64,000 bases of DNA from an uncultured Actinomycetota bacterium. GTDB taxonomy: Bacteria; Actinomycetota; Actinomycetes; JAHEKZ01. Numbering within the stretch: position 1 is the stretch's first letter; every line of letters starts with the position of its first letter. The position numbers were made by a program, and so were the translations under genes. A model generated the notes under the pieces. The model ran no database searches. It was not told where the DNA came from and saw nothing but the letters and a program-made list of their open reading frames with translations. The DNA lies in NCBI GenBank assembly GCA_963718235.1, contig CAVQYR010000001.1:2112001-2176000 (forward strand), in the 5' to 3' direction. Below are positions 38,597 to 54,089 of the stretch, in pieces.

Positions 38597-41500
38597 TCAG
38601 CGCAGCCGGTACGCCGCGATGACCGTCTGCGAGACGGTGTTGCCGGCGGTGTCCGAGCCGAAGGCTCGCAGGGCGACCGTGCCGTCTGCTGACCCTCGGC
38701 GGGGGATCGTCGTCGACCAGGTATCGCGACTCTCCCGACGCAGGCTCACCTGCCGCCAGGTTCTCCCACCGTCGAAGGACGCCCACATCCGTGCGTGCGC
38801 CACGCGTCCGGCGAAGGTCGACCCAGGCACCGGAACGACGGTCAGGCCGACCCTGGTGGGACCGGGGCCTACTCGGCCGGCGAGGTCGGTGTCCACGTCG
38901 TAGTCCAGTGACAGCAGCGGCAGCAGGTCCGCGCGGGCGGCGGCGCGACGCGACCAGAACTGCCATTCCGTTCGCGTGCTGGTCGAGGTCGTCCATCGAT
39001 CCGCGTCCCGGCTGGCCCGCGTGACGACGCGGTAGAGGCCCTTGCCGCGCCTCGGTGCGCTGGCGTAGAGCGCCTGGTCGTCGGCGTCGGCGAGCAGCGA
39101 TCCGTTCGGGGCGAACAGCGCGATGTGCTGGTCCACCCCCGGCACGCCGTACATGTCACCGGTGTGCCCTGGTCCGGAGTCACCCCACGCAGGCAGGTTG
39201 AGGATGATGGTGTCCCCGTCACGGTTCGGCTTCCAGTAGCCCTCACCGATGCGCGGTCGCACGACAGGAGAGAACCAGCGCACTGTGGTGCGCTCCCCCG
39301 GGGCGTAGTCGACCAACTCCGAGCGCTGGTCCCACGGCCCGTCGAGGTTCATGGCCTCCTGGTACCACGTCGTACCCTCGGGCGCCGACACCCACTCACG
39401 ACGCACGGTGGGCATGGGGTTGACCTCGAGGAAGCCGACCCCCGCGAAGGTGTAGGGACGGAAGTCGTAGCGGAACTCGGCGCCGTCGGTCGGCCGGTCC
39501 GACGCATACTCCGCGCGGACTCGAGCCAGCTCGCCAGGTGTCGGCGCGTACCGCAGGTCGTTGGGGATACCCCCCGGATGCGGGTCCTGGAGGTCGTACA
39601 ACCAGCGCGACGCCGTCCGACCGGTGACGTCGGCCTCGACGGGCCCGCCGGCGAGCTGCGCCGTCAGCGTCGCTCCCTCGGTACCGCTGACGCCCGCGAC
39701 CGGAAGGCCCGGCGACTCCCCGTTCGGCCCGCCCACCCACTCGCTCAGCTCGGCAGGAACATCGTTGGCCACGATGAGAAGACTCGCGCCGGCCTCGGCT
39801 GCGGCAACCGCCCGATCGTAGGGGGCGATGGCGTCGCTGCGGGTCACCAGCACGGCCTTGCCGGCGACGTCGAGACCGTCGTAGTCCGACGGGAGACCCT
39901 GCCCCGCCCCGACGACCGTCAGCCGATCGGACCCGTCGTACAACGCGGCTCCCGCTAGGGGGATGGCATCGAGGTGACGGTCGTCCACGACGACGGACAG
40001 CAACGGGTCGCGCAACCGCCAGCGCGTCGACATCTCGAACTGTCCGTCCTGCACGGACGCCGTGGGGCTTGCGTACATCCGGTCGACGACGACGGGCAGC
40101 TGGGACATCCCCTCGATGGCGGCGTCACCGATCTTCCGGTACCAGCCCATGCGCTGCACGGTGGCGGTGGCATGGGGTCGACCCACTGCAACCGTGATGG
40201 GGACGGCCTTGCGGGCGTCGAGCGTCACCGAGCGGTCGCGGTCGAGCACGATGTCGGGCGCCGACAGGAGTGCGAGCCCCGCGTGGTCGGTGTCGGTGTC
40301 GACGTCGAGCCAGAGCATGGCGGCGTAGGTGCCCGCCGGCCGACGGATCGTCGCGGTCCCGTCCACCGGGATCACGTCGTAGACCGCCGGACCCCCGACG
40401 AGCTCGACGTAGCCTTGCGTCGGGGCGCCGTCACGGCCGACCACGCTGATCGTGAGGTCGTAGCGCTCATCCTCGCGTACGTAGCCGAGTGCGGTGTGCG
40501 CGGCCACCTGGCTCCCCAGACTCGCCACGACCTGACCGGTGTAGCGACGTCCGTCCGCGGTGGGCGAGCGGTCCAGGGTCACGGTGACGTCGGCGCTGCC
40601 GTTGGCAGGAACCTCCACCGAGCTCGGCGAGACCGTGAACACGCCGTCCGGGGCGGGAGTACCGATGTCGTCGACGCCCTCGACCCCCAGGTCGAGCGTC
40701 ACCGGGCTGGCACCGTCATTGGTGTAGGTGACCGTCTTCTGGACCGCCGAGGTGTCCGGGTGCGGCCAGCGGTCGAAGCCGAAGAACACCGAGCCCGTCG
40801 CGTGCACCTCCCCCAGCACCGCGGCCGCGACGTCGACCCGCCCAGCCCCGACCTGGTAGGCGGTGTAGCCAGGGAGCAGGGCCGACGTGCTCATGAGTGC
40901 GTCCTTCAGCTCGACCGCACCCCATGCCGGATGGCGCGCGGCGAGCACGGCAGCCGCGCCGGCCACGTGCGGGGTCGCCATCGAGGTACCAGACAGCGGC
41001 TGGTAGTAGCCAGACCCTTCCGTCCACTGCGAGCGCGCAGCGTTGATGTCGACGCCAGGAGCCGCGAGGTCGGGCTTCATGGCCTGGTCGCCGGAGCGCG
41101 GTCCCATCGACGAGAACCAGGCGAGCTGGTCGGCACTGTCCACCGCGCCGACGGTGAGGGCAGCGTCGGCCGCGGCCGGCGAGCCGATGCTCTGCTCGGC
41201 CCCCAGGTTGCCCGCAGCCACGACGAACAGTGCATCGGTGTCCGCGGTGAGCGTGTTGATGGCCTGCGACATCGGGTCGGTGCCGTCGCTCGGCTCCGCT
41301 GTCCCCAGGCTCATGCTCACGACGTCCGCGTGGCCCGCCGCCCATTCCATGCCGTCGATGATCCAGGAGTCCTGTCCGAAGCCGTCGTCACCGAGCACCT
41401 TTCCGACGATCAGCCTGGCTCCCGGTGCCACCCCCTTCTCGACGCCGCTCGAGGCTGCACCTGTGCCGAGGACGGTGCTCGCGACGTGGGTGCCGTGCCC

Positions 41501-42295
41501 GTTGACGTCCTTGGTCGTCTCGCCGGGCACGAAGCTCACCTCGGCGTCGATCTGCGCGGCAAGGTCCGGGTGCTCGTCGTCGACGCCGCTGTCGAGCACG
41601 GCCACCGTCGTCCCCGCGCCGTCGTAGCCGGCGGCCCACGCCTGCGGCGCCCCGATCTGGGCCACCGAGTCGGCGAGGGTCGCCTCGACCAGACCGTCGA
41701 GCCAGATCTTGCGGATTCCCGCCGCCAGAGTGCCACTACGGTCGACCTGGTCGGGCGGAGTCCCGGTCACGTCGGTCCAGAAGTCGGTGGCGGCGGACTT
41801 GCTCGCCGTGACCGCACTTGCGTCGATGCTGCTCAGCGTGCGCGTGCGGACCGCACCGTCGGGCACCCCCACCCGCTGGCCGGCCTTGGCCGTCGCGTAC
41901 TGCACGATCAGGGGAAGGTTGGGTCGCTCATCGTCGGTCAGGCCCTGGTCGACGAGGGCGGTGACGTCGAACAGCCGACGGTCGATGGTCCCGGCCGCGA
42001 CGAACGGCATCGCCTCCTCGGGGAAGACGTACTGGTCCCCGTCGATGGTCACCGACCGGATCCCGCCGTTCGCCCGGTCGGCCGGGTCGACGGTGGTCAC
42101 CTGGCGCCCGTCAGAAAGCCGGGTCACCGTGACCACGTCCCCGGTGACCAGCGTGAGCCGGTGCACCCCCGCGCTCGCCGTCTCGGTACGGGTCTGAGGC
42201 GCCGCGGATGCGACGCCGGTCGTGGTCACCACTGCTGGTACCACCAGGCCCGCGACCAGCCAGGTCAAGAAGCGTTGCGCACCACTGCGGGACAC
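38597..42295 (-). CDS. Secreted S8 subtilisin-like protease with PA domain
   Basis: Catalytic motifs VAVLDSG, HGTHVAS and GTSMATPHVAG; LTLVTGD propeptide; DVAGKAVLV. Confidence 0.94.
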   Translation of the reverse strand: MSRSGAQRFLTWLVAGLVVPAVVTTTGVASAAPQTRTETASAGVHRLTLVTGDVVTVTRLSDGRQVTTVDPADRANGGIRSVTIDGDQYVFPEEAMPFVAAGTIDRRLFDVTALVDQGLTDDERPNLPLIVQYATAKAGQRVGVPDGAVRTRTLSSIDASAVTASKSAATDFWTDVTGTPPDQVDRSGTLAAGIRKIWLDGLVEATLADSVAQIGAPQAWAAGYDGAGTTVAVLDSGVDDEHPDLAAQIDAEVSFVPGETTKDVNGHGTHVASTVLGTGAASSGVEKGVAPGARLIVGKVLGDDGFGQDSWIIDGMEWAAGHADVVSMSLGTAEPSDGTDPMSQAINTLTADTDALFVVAAGNLGAEQSIGSPAAADAALTVGAVDSADQLAWFSSMGPRSGDQAMKPDLAAPGVDINAARSQWTEGSGYYQPLSGTSMATPHVAGAAAVLAARHPAWGAVELKDALMSTSALLPGYTAYQVGAGRVDVAAAVLGEVHATGSVFFGFDRWPHPDTSAVQKTVTYTNDGASPVTLDLGVEGVDDIGTPAPDGVFTVSPSSVEVPANGSADVTVTLDRSPTADGRRYTGQVVASLGSQVAAHTALGYVREDERYDLTISVVGRDGAPTQGYVELVGGPAVYDVIPVDGTATIRRPAGTYAAMLWLDVDTDTDHAGLALLSAPDIVLDRDRSVTLDARKAVPITVAVGRPHATATVQRMGWYRKIGDAAIEGMSQLPVVVDRMYASPTASVQDGQFEMSTRWRLRDPLLSVVVDDRHLDAIPLAGAALYDGSDRLTVVGAGQGLPSDYDGLDVAGKAVLVTRSDAIAPYDRAVAAAEAGASLLIVANDVPAELSEWVGGPNGESPGLPVAGVSGTEGATLTAQLAGGPVEADVTGRTASRWLYDLQDPHPGGIPNDLRYAPTPGELARVRAEYASDRPTDGAEFRYDFRPYTFAGVGFLEVNPMPTVRREWVSAPEGTTWYQEAMNLDGPWDQRSELVDYAPGERTTVRWFSPVVRPRIGEGYWKPNRDGDTIILNLPAWGDSGPGHTGDMYGVPGVDQHIALFAPNGSLLADADDQALYASAPRRGKGLYRVVTRASRDADRWTTSTSTRTEWQFWSRRAAARADLLPLLSLDYDVDTDLAGRVGPGPTRVGLTVVPVPGSTFAGRVAHARMWASFDGGRTWRQVSLRRESRDTWSTTIPRRGSADGTVALRAFGSDTAGNTVSQTVIAAYRLR

Positions 42296-42438
42296 CGGTT
42301 TCCCCCTCGTCAGACCAGCGGTCGGTGCCGTCGGCGGTGAGCACCGGGTGCTGCACCACGTCGGAACCGATCGGACGACGCACAGTAGACACGAACCCGC
42401 CACGCAGGAGGACGAGATAGGCTGACGTACTTACGACA

Positions 42439-42454
42439 TGGCGCAGATTCGCCA
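42439..42454. promoter_or_regulatory. Candidate operator TGGCG-N6-CGCCA between the protease and its regulator
   Basis: Short palindrome in the divergent intergenic region. Confidence 0.4.
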
Positions 42455-42482
42455 CGGGTAGCGCGGCAACCAGGGGGTCGAA

Positions 42483-43517
42483 GTGGCACTCACCGGGCTG
42501 GGCCTGACCGCTGCCGACGCAGCGGCCTACCACCTCCTCGTGGCGGCGGACTCGGCGACGCCGGACGACCTCGTGCCCGGGTGCGCCGCCGACGCGCGCG
42601 CGGCCAGGACCCTGCTGGAGGGTCTGGCGAGCCGAGGACTGGCTGCCCGGTCGGGAACCTCACCGGACCGCTACGTCGCCTCGCCCCCCAGTGTCGCCCT
42701 GGGCGCGATGCTGCTGGCCCGGCAGCAGGAGCTACGCAGCGCGGAGCTGGAGATCACCGAGCTGACCGGTGCCTACCGCGACCGCTCCGGGGCCCGCAGC
42801 GCTCGAGACGTCGTCGACGTGGTGCTCGGTGCGACCGCCGTCGCCCAGCGGTTCAGCCAGCTCCAGGCCGGCGCCCAGGAGGAGGTGCTGGCGTTCGTCC
42901 TGCCGTCGGTGGAGGTGGTCTCGGGCGAGGAGAACGTCGAGGAGGACCGCGCGGCGTCGCGCGGCGTGCAGTACCGGATCCTGCTCGAACGCGGGGTCCT
43001 GGACCGGCCCGGGTCGCGGCAGGTGATGGACCATGCCATGGGTCAAGGTGAGCAGGTGCGCGTCACGAGCCAGCTGCCCGGGCGGCTGCTCGTGGCCGAC
43101 CGCGCGATCGCTCTCGTGCCGATGCGTCCTGCCGGGGGCACCGAGGAGCCGAGTGCCCTGCTGGTGCACGCGAGCCCGCTGCTCGACTTCGTCGTCGAGC
43201 TGTTCGACGCCTACTGGCGTCACGCCGTGCCGTTGCTGCCGACGGGCGATGCCTCCGGTCCGGAGCTGTCGTACCTGGACCGGAGGGTGCTGGGACTGCT
43301 GACCGCCGGGCTGACCGACGCGGCCACGGCCAAGCACCTCGGCCTCTCGCTGCGCACGGTGCAGCGCCGAGTGCGGACGCTCATGGACCTGGCCGACGTG
43401 CAGACCCGCTTCCAGCTCGGCCTCGAGGTCACCCGTCGCGCTTGGTTGTCCCCGCCGCGCGACGCGGGGCACCGCCGGGGTGGGAACGAGTCCCAGCCCG
43501 GCGATGCCCAACGGTAG
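42483..43517 (+). CDS. TrmB-like/LuxR HTH transcriptional regulator
   Basis: N-terminal wHTH, LLVADRAIAL, C-terminal GLTDAATAKHLGLSLRTVQRRV...TRFQLG. Confidence 0.9.
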   Translation: MALTGLGLTAADAAAYHLLVAADSATPDDLVPGCAADARAARTLLEGLASRGLAARSGTSPDRYVASPPSVALGAMLLARQQELRSAELEITELTGAYRDRSGARSARDVVDVVLGATAVAQRFSQLQAGAQEEVLAFVLPSVEVVSGEENVEEDRAASRGVQYRILLERGVLDRPGSRQVMDHAMGQGEQVRVTSQLPGRLLVADRAIALVPMRPAGGTEEPSALLVHASPLLDFVVELFDAYWRHAVPLLPTGDASGPELSYLDRRVLGLLTAGLTDAATAKHLGLSLRTVQRRVRTLMDLADVQTRFQLGLEVTRRAWLSPPRDAGHRRGGNESQPGDAQR

Positions 43518-43545
43518 GTCAGCGGTAGCCCAGCGCTGGCGTGCG

Positions 43546-45776
<2,231 letters not shown>

Positions 45777-46226
45777 CTAGCTCTTCGGTGGGTGATCGGG
45801 AACGGTTGCGGTGGAGCAGGAGGGACACAGGCCCCAGTACGTGACCTCGGCCTCGTCGATCGCGAAGCCGTGGTCCTGCGAGGCGGTCAGACAGGGCGTG
45901 TACCCGACCGCACAGTCGACGTCGGCGATCGAACCGCACGAGCGGCACACGACGTGGTGGTGGTTGTCGGCAACCCGGGACTCGTAGCAGGCCACCGAGC
46001 CCGCAGGCTCGATCCGTCGGACGAGGCTGGCTGTGGTCAGCGCCCGCAGCACGTCGTAGACGGCCTGCGTGGACACCTCGCCGAGGTCTCCGCGCACCAC
46101 GCCGATGATCGTGTCGGTGTCGGCATGCGGATGGTCGTAGACCGCGGTCAGCACAGCCACGCGGGGACGCGTCACCCGCAGACCGGCCCCGCGCAGCAGG
46201 CGCTCGAGCTCAGTCGTCGTGGGCAC
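45777..46226 (-). CDS. furA: Fur-family regulator
   Basis: LRVTRPRVAVL, DNHHHVVCRSCG, YWGLCPSC; directly upstream of katG. Confidence 0.95.
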   Translation of the reverse strand: MPTTTELERLLRGAGLRVTRPRVAVLTAVYDHPHADTDTIIGVVRGDLGEVSTQAVYDVLRALTTASLVRRIEPAGSVACYESRVADNHHHVVCRSCGSIADVDCAVGYTPCLTASQDHGFAIDEAEVTYWGLCPSCSTATVPDHPPKS

Positions 46227-46243
46227 CCTCCGAGTCTGGCCCG

Positions 46244-46263
46244 TTTTCTGGAATGAGTCAAGA
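46244..46263 (-). promoter_or_regulatory. FurA box / furA promoter
   Basis: TCTTGACTCATTCCAGAAAA, close to the AT-rich mycobacterial furA operator as I recall it. Confidence 0.75.
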
Positions 46264-46307
46264 GAACGGCCGCGGCTGTCGAGGACCTGCGCGGTGACGC
46301 TGTCGGG

Positions 46308-46481
46308 TCAGGCGCCCCCGGCGAGCCGAAGAATGCGGGTCTGCTCGTCCCAGTCGGTCCCGAACCCGGGCGCCGGAGACACCGGCTGGTCGGTGGACTG
46401 CTGCTCGATGGGGACCTGAACCTCGCGCTCGAGGTCCTCGAGGTCCCCGGCGTAGGGGTTGCGGCCCTCGGTGTCTCGCAT
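46308..46481 (-). CDS. Small acidic hypothetical protein (57 aa)
   Basis: MRDTEGRNPYAGDLEDLEREVQVP...RLAGGA; coding-like codon usage. Confidence 0.5.
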   Translation of the reverse strand: MRDTEGRNPYAGDLEDLEREVQVPIEQQSTDQPVSPAPGFGTDWDEQTRILRLAGGA

Positions 46482-46569
46482 ACGTCGACTATCGACCTCG
46501 CCCGGCCCGCGGGCAAGCGCGGCTCGGAAACCCGTTGCGTGGCGCGGCACAACCTGGCTCACTGACGCC

Positions 46570-47320
46570 ATGGACGGGTACGAGCCCATGGCGAGCTTCG
46601 ACGAGGACGCGGCAGCGATCTACGACGACCAGCCGCGTGGTGACGAGGCGGACGCGGTCGCCTTCCTCGAGCAGCTCGCCCAGGGCGGACCAGTCCTCGA
46701 GCTGGCGATCGGCACGGGTCGGATCGGGCTCCCGCTGGCAGCCAAGGGGCTTCGCGTCGACGGGATCGACCTGTCCCCCGCGATGGTCGCCCGGCTTCGG
46801 GCGAAGCCGGGCGGCGACCGGCTCGCCGTCACGATCGGTGACTTCGCCGACGTCGCCGTCGACGGCACGTACCCGCTGGTCTACCTCGTGTACAACACGC
46901 TGTTCAACCTGCTGACCCAGGAGGACCAGGTCCGCTGCTTCGAGAACGTGGCCGATCACCTGACCGACGAGGGGTGCTTCGTCGTCGAGGCCTTCGTTCC
47001 CAGCTTCCTGTACCGGCTGCGCAACGACCAGTACGTCGACGCCGAGGAGGTAGGTCTGTCCGAGGTGTGGCTCGACGTCGGCATTCACGACCCGGTTGCC
47101 CAGCGGCTCGACGAGAGTCATGTCGCACTGTCCCGTGATGGCGTACGCGTATACCCGATCGTCTCGCGCTACTCCTGGCCGAGCGAGCTCGACCTGATGG
47201 CCAGGATCGCAGGGCTTCGCCTCGAGCAGCGTTGGGGAGGGTGGAACCACGAGCCATTCACCGCGTCCAGCTCGCTGCACGTCTCCGTCTACGGTCGGTG
47301 GACAAAGGCCGAGCACTTGA
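46570..47320 (+). CDS. Class I SAM-dependent methyltransferase (no in-frame stop at the expected end)
   Basis: VLELAIGTGRI, YNTLFNLLTQEDQVRCF, RYSWPSELDLMAR, HVSVY; the frame stays open to 48099. End approximate. Confidence 0.85.
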
Positions 47321-47386
47321 CCCGCTCGACGAGGTCGGTCCACGGCCAGGGCCCGGAAACCAGGTCGCGGCCGGCGCGGGTGAGCG

Positions 47387-47964
47387 TCAGCTGTCGGGTC
47401 GGAACGGGTTCGATGCATCCCGAAGAGGAACTCGTCGACCCGCTGGCCGTGCTCGTCCTCGCCGCTCTCGGACAGCAGCGCCTCCCGATCGAAGCCGGCC
47501 CTCTCCAGCAGCCGCATCGAGCGCACGTTGTCGGTGAGGACCTTCGCCTCGACGCGCTGGAGCCCCATCGGCCCGAAGGCGAAGTCCAGCACGGTGTCGA
47601 GGGCCTCGGACATGAGGCCACGCCCCCAGAAGGGTGGTGCCAAGTCATAGCCCAGCTCGGCCTGGGCCAGTGGCTCATCGACCCACGCGTACAAGCCGAT
47701 CGACCCGATCAGAGCTGGATCGTGCTGCAAGGCGATCCCCCATCGGAACCCCCCTCGGTCGGCGAACAGGTCGAGAACGTACTCGCGCAGCTCACCCTCG
47801 GCTGCTCTGCGGTCGGCCGGCGCTGCGAAGCCCTGGCCGTGCACGATCTCCGGCAGCGAGAAGTGCGCGAGGTACCAGTCGCAGTCGGTGGCCGTGATCT
47901 CGCGCAGCACCAGCCGACGGGTGGCAAGTGCTGGGAAGTGGGGGAACGCGCGGGCCCGGTCCAT
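47387..47964 (-). CDS. GNAT N-acetyltransferase, RimJ/RimL-like (no in-frame stop at the expected end)
   Basis: FPALATRRLVLRE, AELGYDLAPPFWGRGLMSEAL, NVRSMRLLERAGF; the frame stays open to 46489. End approximate. Confidence 0.85.
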
Positions 47965-48007
47965 CTGTCGAGTCTCTCAAGGCGACGCAGCGAATCGAGC
48001 GACTTGA

Positions 48008-49450
48008 TCAGCTGTCGGACAAGTCCTGGAACGAAGGCATCCGTCCGTCCCACCAGGGCCGGATCTGCTCCAGTGCCGCACCGACCCGGAACGCGGTGAC
48101 GTCGTCGTACGTGCGGGCCACGATCTGGATGCCCGTCGGGACGCCGTTGTCGGCGAAGCCGGAGGGCACGTTCAGCACGGGGCAGCGACTGGCGAGGTTG
48201 AACACCGGGGTCATCATGGAGTCGAAGTAGTTGTCGAGGGTGACCCCACCCACGTCGAGTCCGTGACCCACGTAACCGTCGCCGGCGACCAACCCGCGGG
48301 TAGCGGTCGTCGGGCAGATCAGCGCGTCGTACCGCTCGAACAGCGCACCGATCGGCGCCCAGATCCTGGTCTCCAGGTCCATGCCCTCCAGCACGGTGAG
48401 GCCGGCACCCATGGAGGCAGTCATCTCAGCGAAGTCGATCGCGTAGTCGTTGAGCAGGTCTCGGTGCTCCTCGGCGATACCACCGATCCACGCCGCGAAC
48501 ATCGACTGGTAGTGAACGCTGATCGCCTGCATCAGCAGGTCGCGGTCCAGGTGGTAGTCGACCTCCTCCACGACCGCTCCTGCATCACGCAGGGACTCCG
48601 CAGCAGCGCGGGTGTTGGCGACGACCTCCGGGTCGACCGGCCAGCCACCGAAGTCGACCGAGTAGCCGATCCGGAGGCCGGCCACCCCGTCCAGCTGGGC
48701 AGGGATCTCCAGCTTCGGACGCAAAGACGTGTGGTCGGCCGGGTGCGGGCCGGCCAGCGCGTTCTCGAACAGGGCGCAGTCGGCGACCGTGCGGGCCAGT
48801 GGGCCGTTGTGGCAGTAAGTGTCCATGTTGAAGGGCACCTCGACCGGCACCCGTCCATAGGGCGGCTTGAAGCCGACCACGCCGTTGAAGGATGCGGGGA
48901 TCCGGATCGAGCCGCCGATGTCGGATCCACTCGCCAGGGTGCTGGTGCCGGCCGCCAGCGAGGCACCGGACCCACCGGACGACCCACCCACCCCGTAGTG
49001 CAGGTTCCAGGGGTTTCGGGTGACCCCGTACAGCCGGGAGTGGGTGAACCCGGCGCAGGAGAACTCAGGTGTCGTGGTGCGGGCATGCACGATGCCACCG
49101 GCGCCCAGGATGCGCTCTGCGGTCGGACCCGTCGAATCCGCAACCTCGTCCTGGTAGACCAACGACGCCATCGTGGCCGGCTCGCCCTCGACATCCACCT
49201 CGTCCTTCAGCGCAACCGGCAGCCCCTCCAGGGGGCGCGCATCCTCTGGCCGACGCGCGTAGACGGCCTCGGCCTGCTTGGCCTGCTCGAGAGCCCGGTC
49301 GTAGTACGTGTGGCAGAACGCGTTGACCTGAGGGTCGACGGCATCAGCGCGGGCGATCACCGCCTCCATCAGCTCGACCGGCGAGAGCTCCCGCGAACGG
49401 AACCTGGCCAGCGCGTCCGTGGCCGAGATGTAGTGGAGGTCGGTCATCAC
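48008..49450 (-). CDS. Amidase (amidase-signature family)
   Basis: PLEGLPVALKD, GGSSGGS, GSDIGGSIRIPAS. Confidence 0.95.
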   Translation of the reverse strand: MMTDLHYISATDALARFRSRELSPVELMEAVIARADAVDPQVNAFCHTYYDRALEQAKQAEAVYARRPEDARPLEGLPVALKDEVDVEGEPATMASLVYQDEVADSTGPTAERILGAGGIVHARTTTPEFSCAGFTHSRLYGVTRNPWNLHYGVGGSSGGSGASLAAGTSTLASGSDIGGSIRIPASFNGVVGFKPPYGRVPVEVPFNMDTYCHNGPLARTVADCALFENALAGPHPADHTSLRPKLEIPAQLDGVAGLRIGYSVDFGGWPVDPEVVANTRAAAESLRDAGAVVEEVDYHLDRDLLMQAISVHYQSMFAAWIGGIAEEHRDLLNDYAIDFAEMTASMGAGLTVLEGMDLETRIWAPIGALFERYDALICPTTATRGLVAGDGYVGHGLDVGGVTLDNYFDSMMTPVFNLASRCPVLNVPSGFADNGVPTGIQIVARTYDDVTAFRVGAALEQIRPWWDGRMPSFQDLSDS

Positions 49451-49618
49451 ACAGTCCTCTTCCTGCTGGTCGGGCGGTCGGCCCCACCCTGCCTCTATGG
49501 CTGCCGTCGCTCACCACCGGCCGCCCGCGTCGGCTACGACGACGATGCCAGACTGAGCGTGCCCGGATCGACGAGGTCCCCCAGGACCCGCCCAGCCCCA
49601 CACCGTCGAGGAGCACGT

Positions 49619-50789
49619 ATGCCCGACCCGACCTCGCCCCGTCCGACCGTGGAGGGCCAGCCGAGGGCACGCGACCTCGGGATCCCGTTCCCGGGAACAC
49701 CCGGTCGGCACAACGCCATCACCGACGTCGACGGCGTGACCGTCGGCATGGTGACGCTGGTCGAGGGCGAGGGCCCCATGGTGGTGGGCGAGGGACCGGT
49801 GCGCACGGGCGTGACCGCCATCCTGCCGAGGGGGGCAGCAGGAGTGGGTGACGCCTGCGCCGCAGGCTGGTACTCGCTGAACGGCAACGGGGAGATGACC
49901 GGCACGACCTGGATCGAGGAGGTGGGGTCGCTCGCCTTCCCGATCCTGCTGACCAACACCCACGCGGTGGGCGCCTGCCATACCGGCGCCGTGCGCTGGA
50001 TCGGTCGCCAGAACCCGTACCTCGCCACCCAGTGGCTGCTGCCCGTCGTTGCCGAGACGTGGGACGGCTACCTCAACGACATCAACGGCGAGCACGTCAC
50101 GGCCGAGCACGCATGCGCTGCGCTGGACGCCGCTGACTCCGGTCCGGTTGCCGAAGGCTCGGTGGGTGGTGGCACGGGGATGAACTGCTACGGGTTCAAG
50201 GGCGGGTCCGGGTCGGCGTCCAGGGTCGTGGGCTACGGCACCCGACAGCACACGGTCGGTGCGTTCGTCCAGGCCAACTTCGGTGAGCGCCAGCGAGCTG
50301 TCGATCGCCGGGGTCCGGCTCGGGGAGACTCTTCGCGAGGACAACCCGATGGAGAACGACGACTGGTTCGAGCGCGACGGCCAACGGGCGCAGGTCGGTG
50401 GTGTCGGTTCGGTGATCGTCATCGTGGCCACCGATGCACCGCTGCTGCCCGGCCAGTGCAAGGCCCTCGCCCGACGGGTCCCGCTCGGGCTGGCCCGCAC
50501 TGGCACCGCCGGAGGTCACTTCTCCGGTGACATCTTCCTGGCGTTCTCCACGGCGAACCAGGGTCGGCTGGCCAGCCGGATCCCGACCAGTGCCCCCGAG
50601 GGCTACGAGGCGGTCGAGTACGTGCCGTGGGGACACATCGACCCGTTCTACACAGCCGTCGTCGAGGCGGTCGAGGAGGCGGTCGTCAATGCCCTTGTCG
50701 TCAACGCCGACATGGTCGGACGGGACGGCCACCGCAGCCCTGCGCTCCCCCACGCACCCCTGATCCACGCGCTGGCCGGGAGATCCTGA
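49619..50789 (+). pseudogene. DmpA/P1-family aminopeptidase, +1 frameshift near 50290
   Basis: NAITDVDGV.VG, NGNGEMTG, PVVAETWDGYLNDI, FKGGSG, QANFG, then GSVIVIVATDAP in ORF 50259-50789. Confidence 0.9.
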
Positions 50790-50794
50790 CGGAC

Positions 50795-53567
<2,773 letters not shown>

Positions 53568-53609
53568 CAAGGTGGGCGACCAGCAGACACCGACTTGGCT
53601 GGGGTCCCG

Positions 53610-54047
53610 ATGAGCGGGTACCGCGTTCCGACCGTCCTCTGGGCCGTTGCTGCCCTGGAGACCGTTCTGGCGCTCGTGGCGAGCGTGGCTGACTGGCCGG
53701 CGCAGTTCGCGGCCGACGGCGGCTCACCCGACGGCGCTGTGCAGTGGCTGGTCGAGGGCTCGGCGGTGTCGGCGCCCCTGGCTCTCCTCCTGCTGATGAT
53801 CGTGACCGGTGCACTCGCCACGCGAAGGGGCTGGATCGGAGTGCTGGGCGACCTCATGGCTTTGCCCCTGGCGGCGGTGAACCTCGTCGGGGCGCTCGGC
53901 GAGAGCCTGGCCCCCGACCCCGTCACGGCTCCACGAGGCGTGCTCGTCGCGTCAGGTGCTCTTGGCGTGGTCGTCGCCGTCATCGTCGTCTGGGCCGTGG
54001 CCCACGACCTGCGCGTGCGCCGGGCGCCCAAGCCGGTGCGCCACTGA
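53610..54047 (+). CDS. Hypothetical membrane protein
   Basis: Four hydrophobic segments. Confidence 0.65.
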   Translation: MSGYRVPTVLWAVAALETVLALVASVADWPAQFAADGGSPDGAVQWLVEGSAVSAPLALLLLMIVTGALATRRGWIGVLGDLMALPLAAVNLVGALGESLAPDPVTAPRGVLVASGALGVVVAVIVVWAVAHDLRVRRAPKPVRH

Positions 54048-54089
54048 CGACTGCCCGACTTGTCGGCGTACCCGGGTAGGTTTCCCAGC

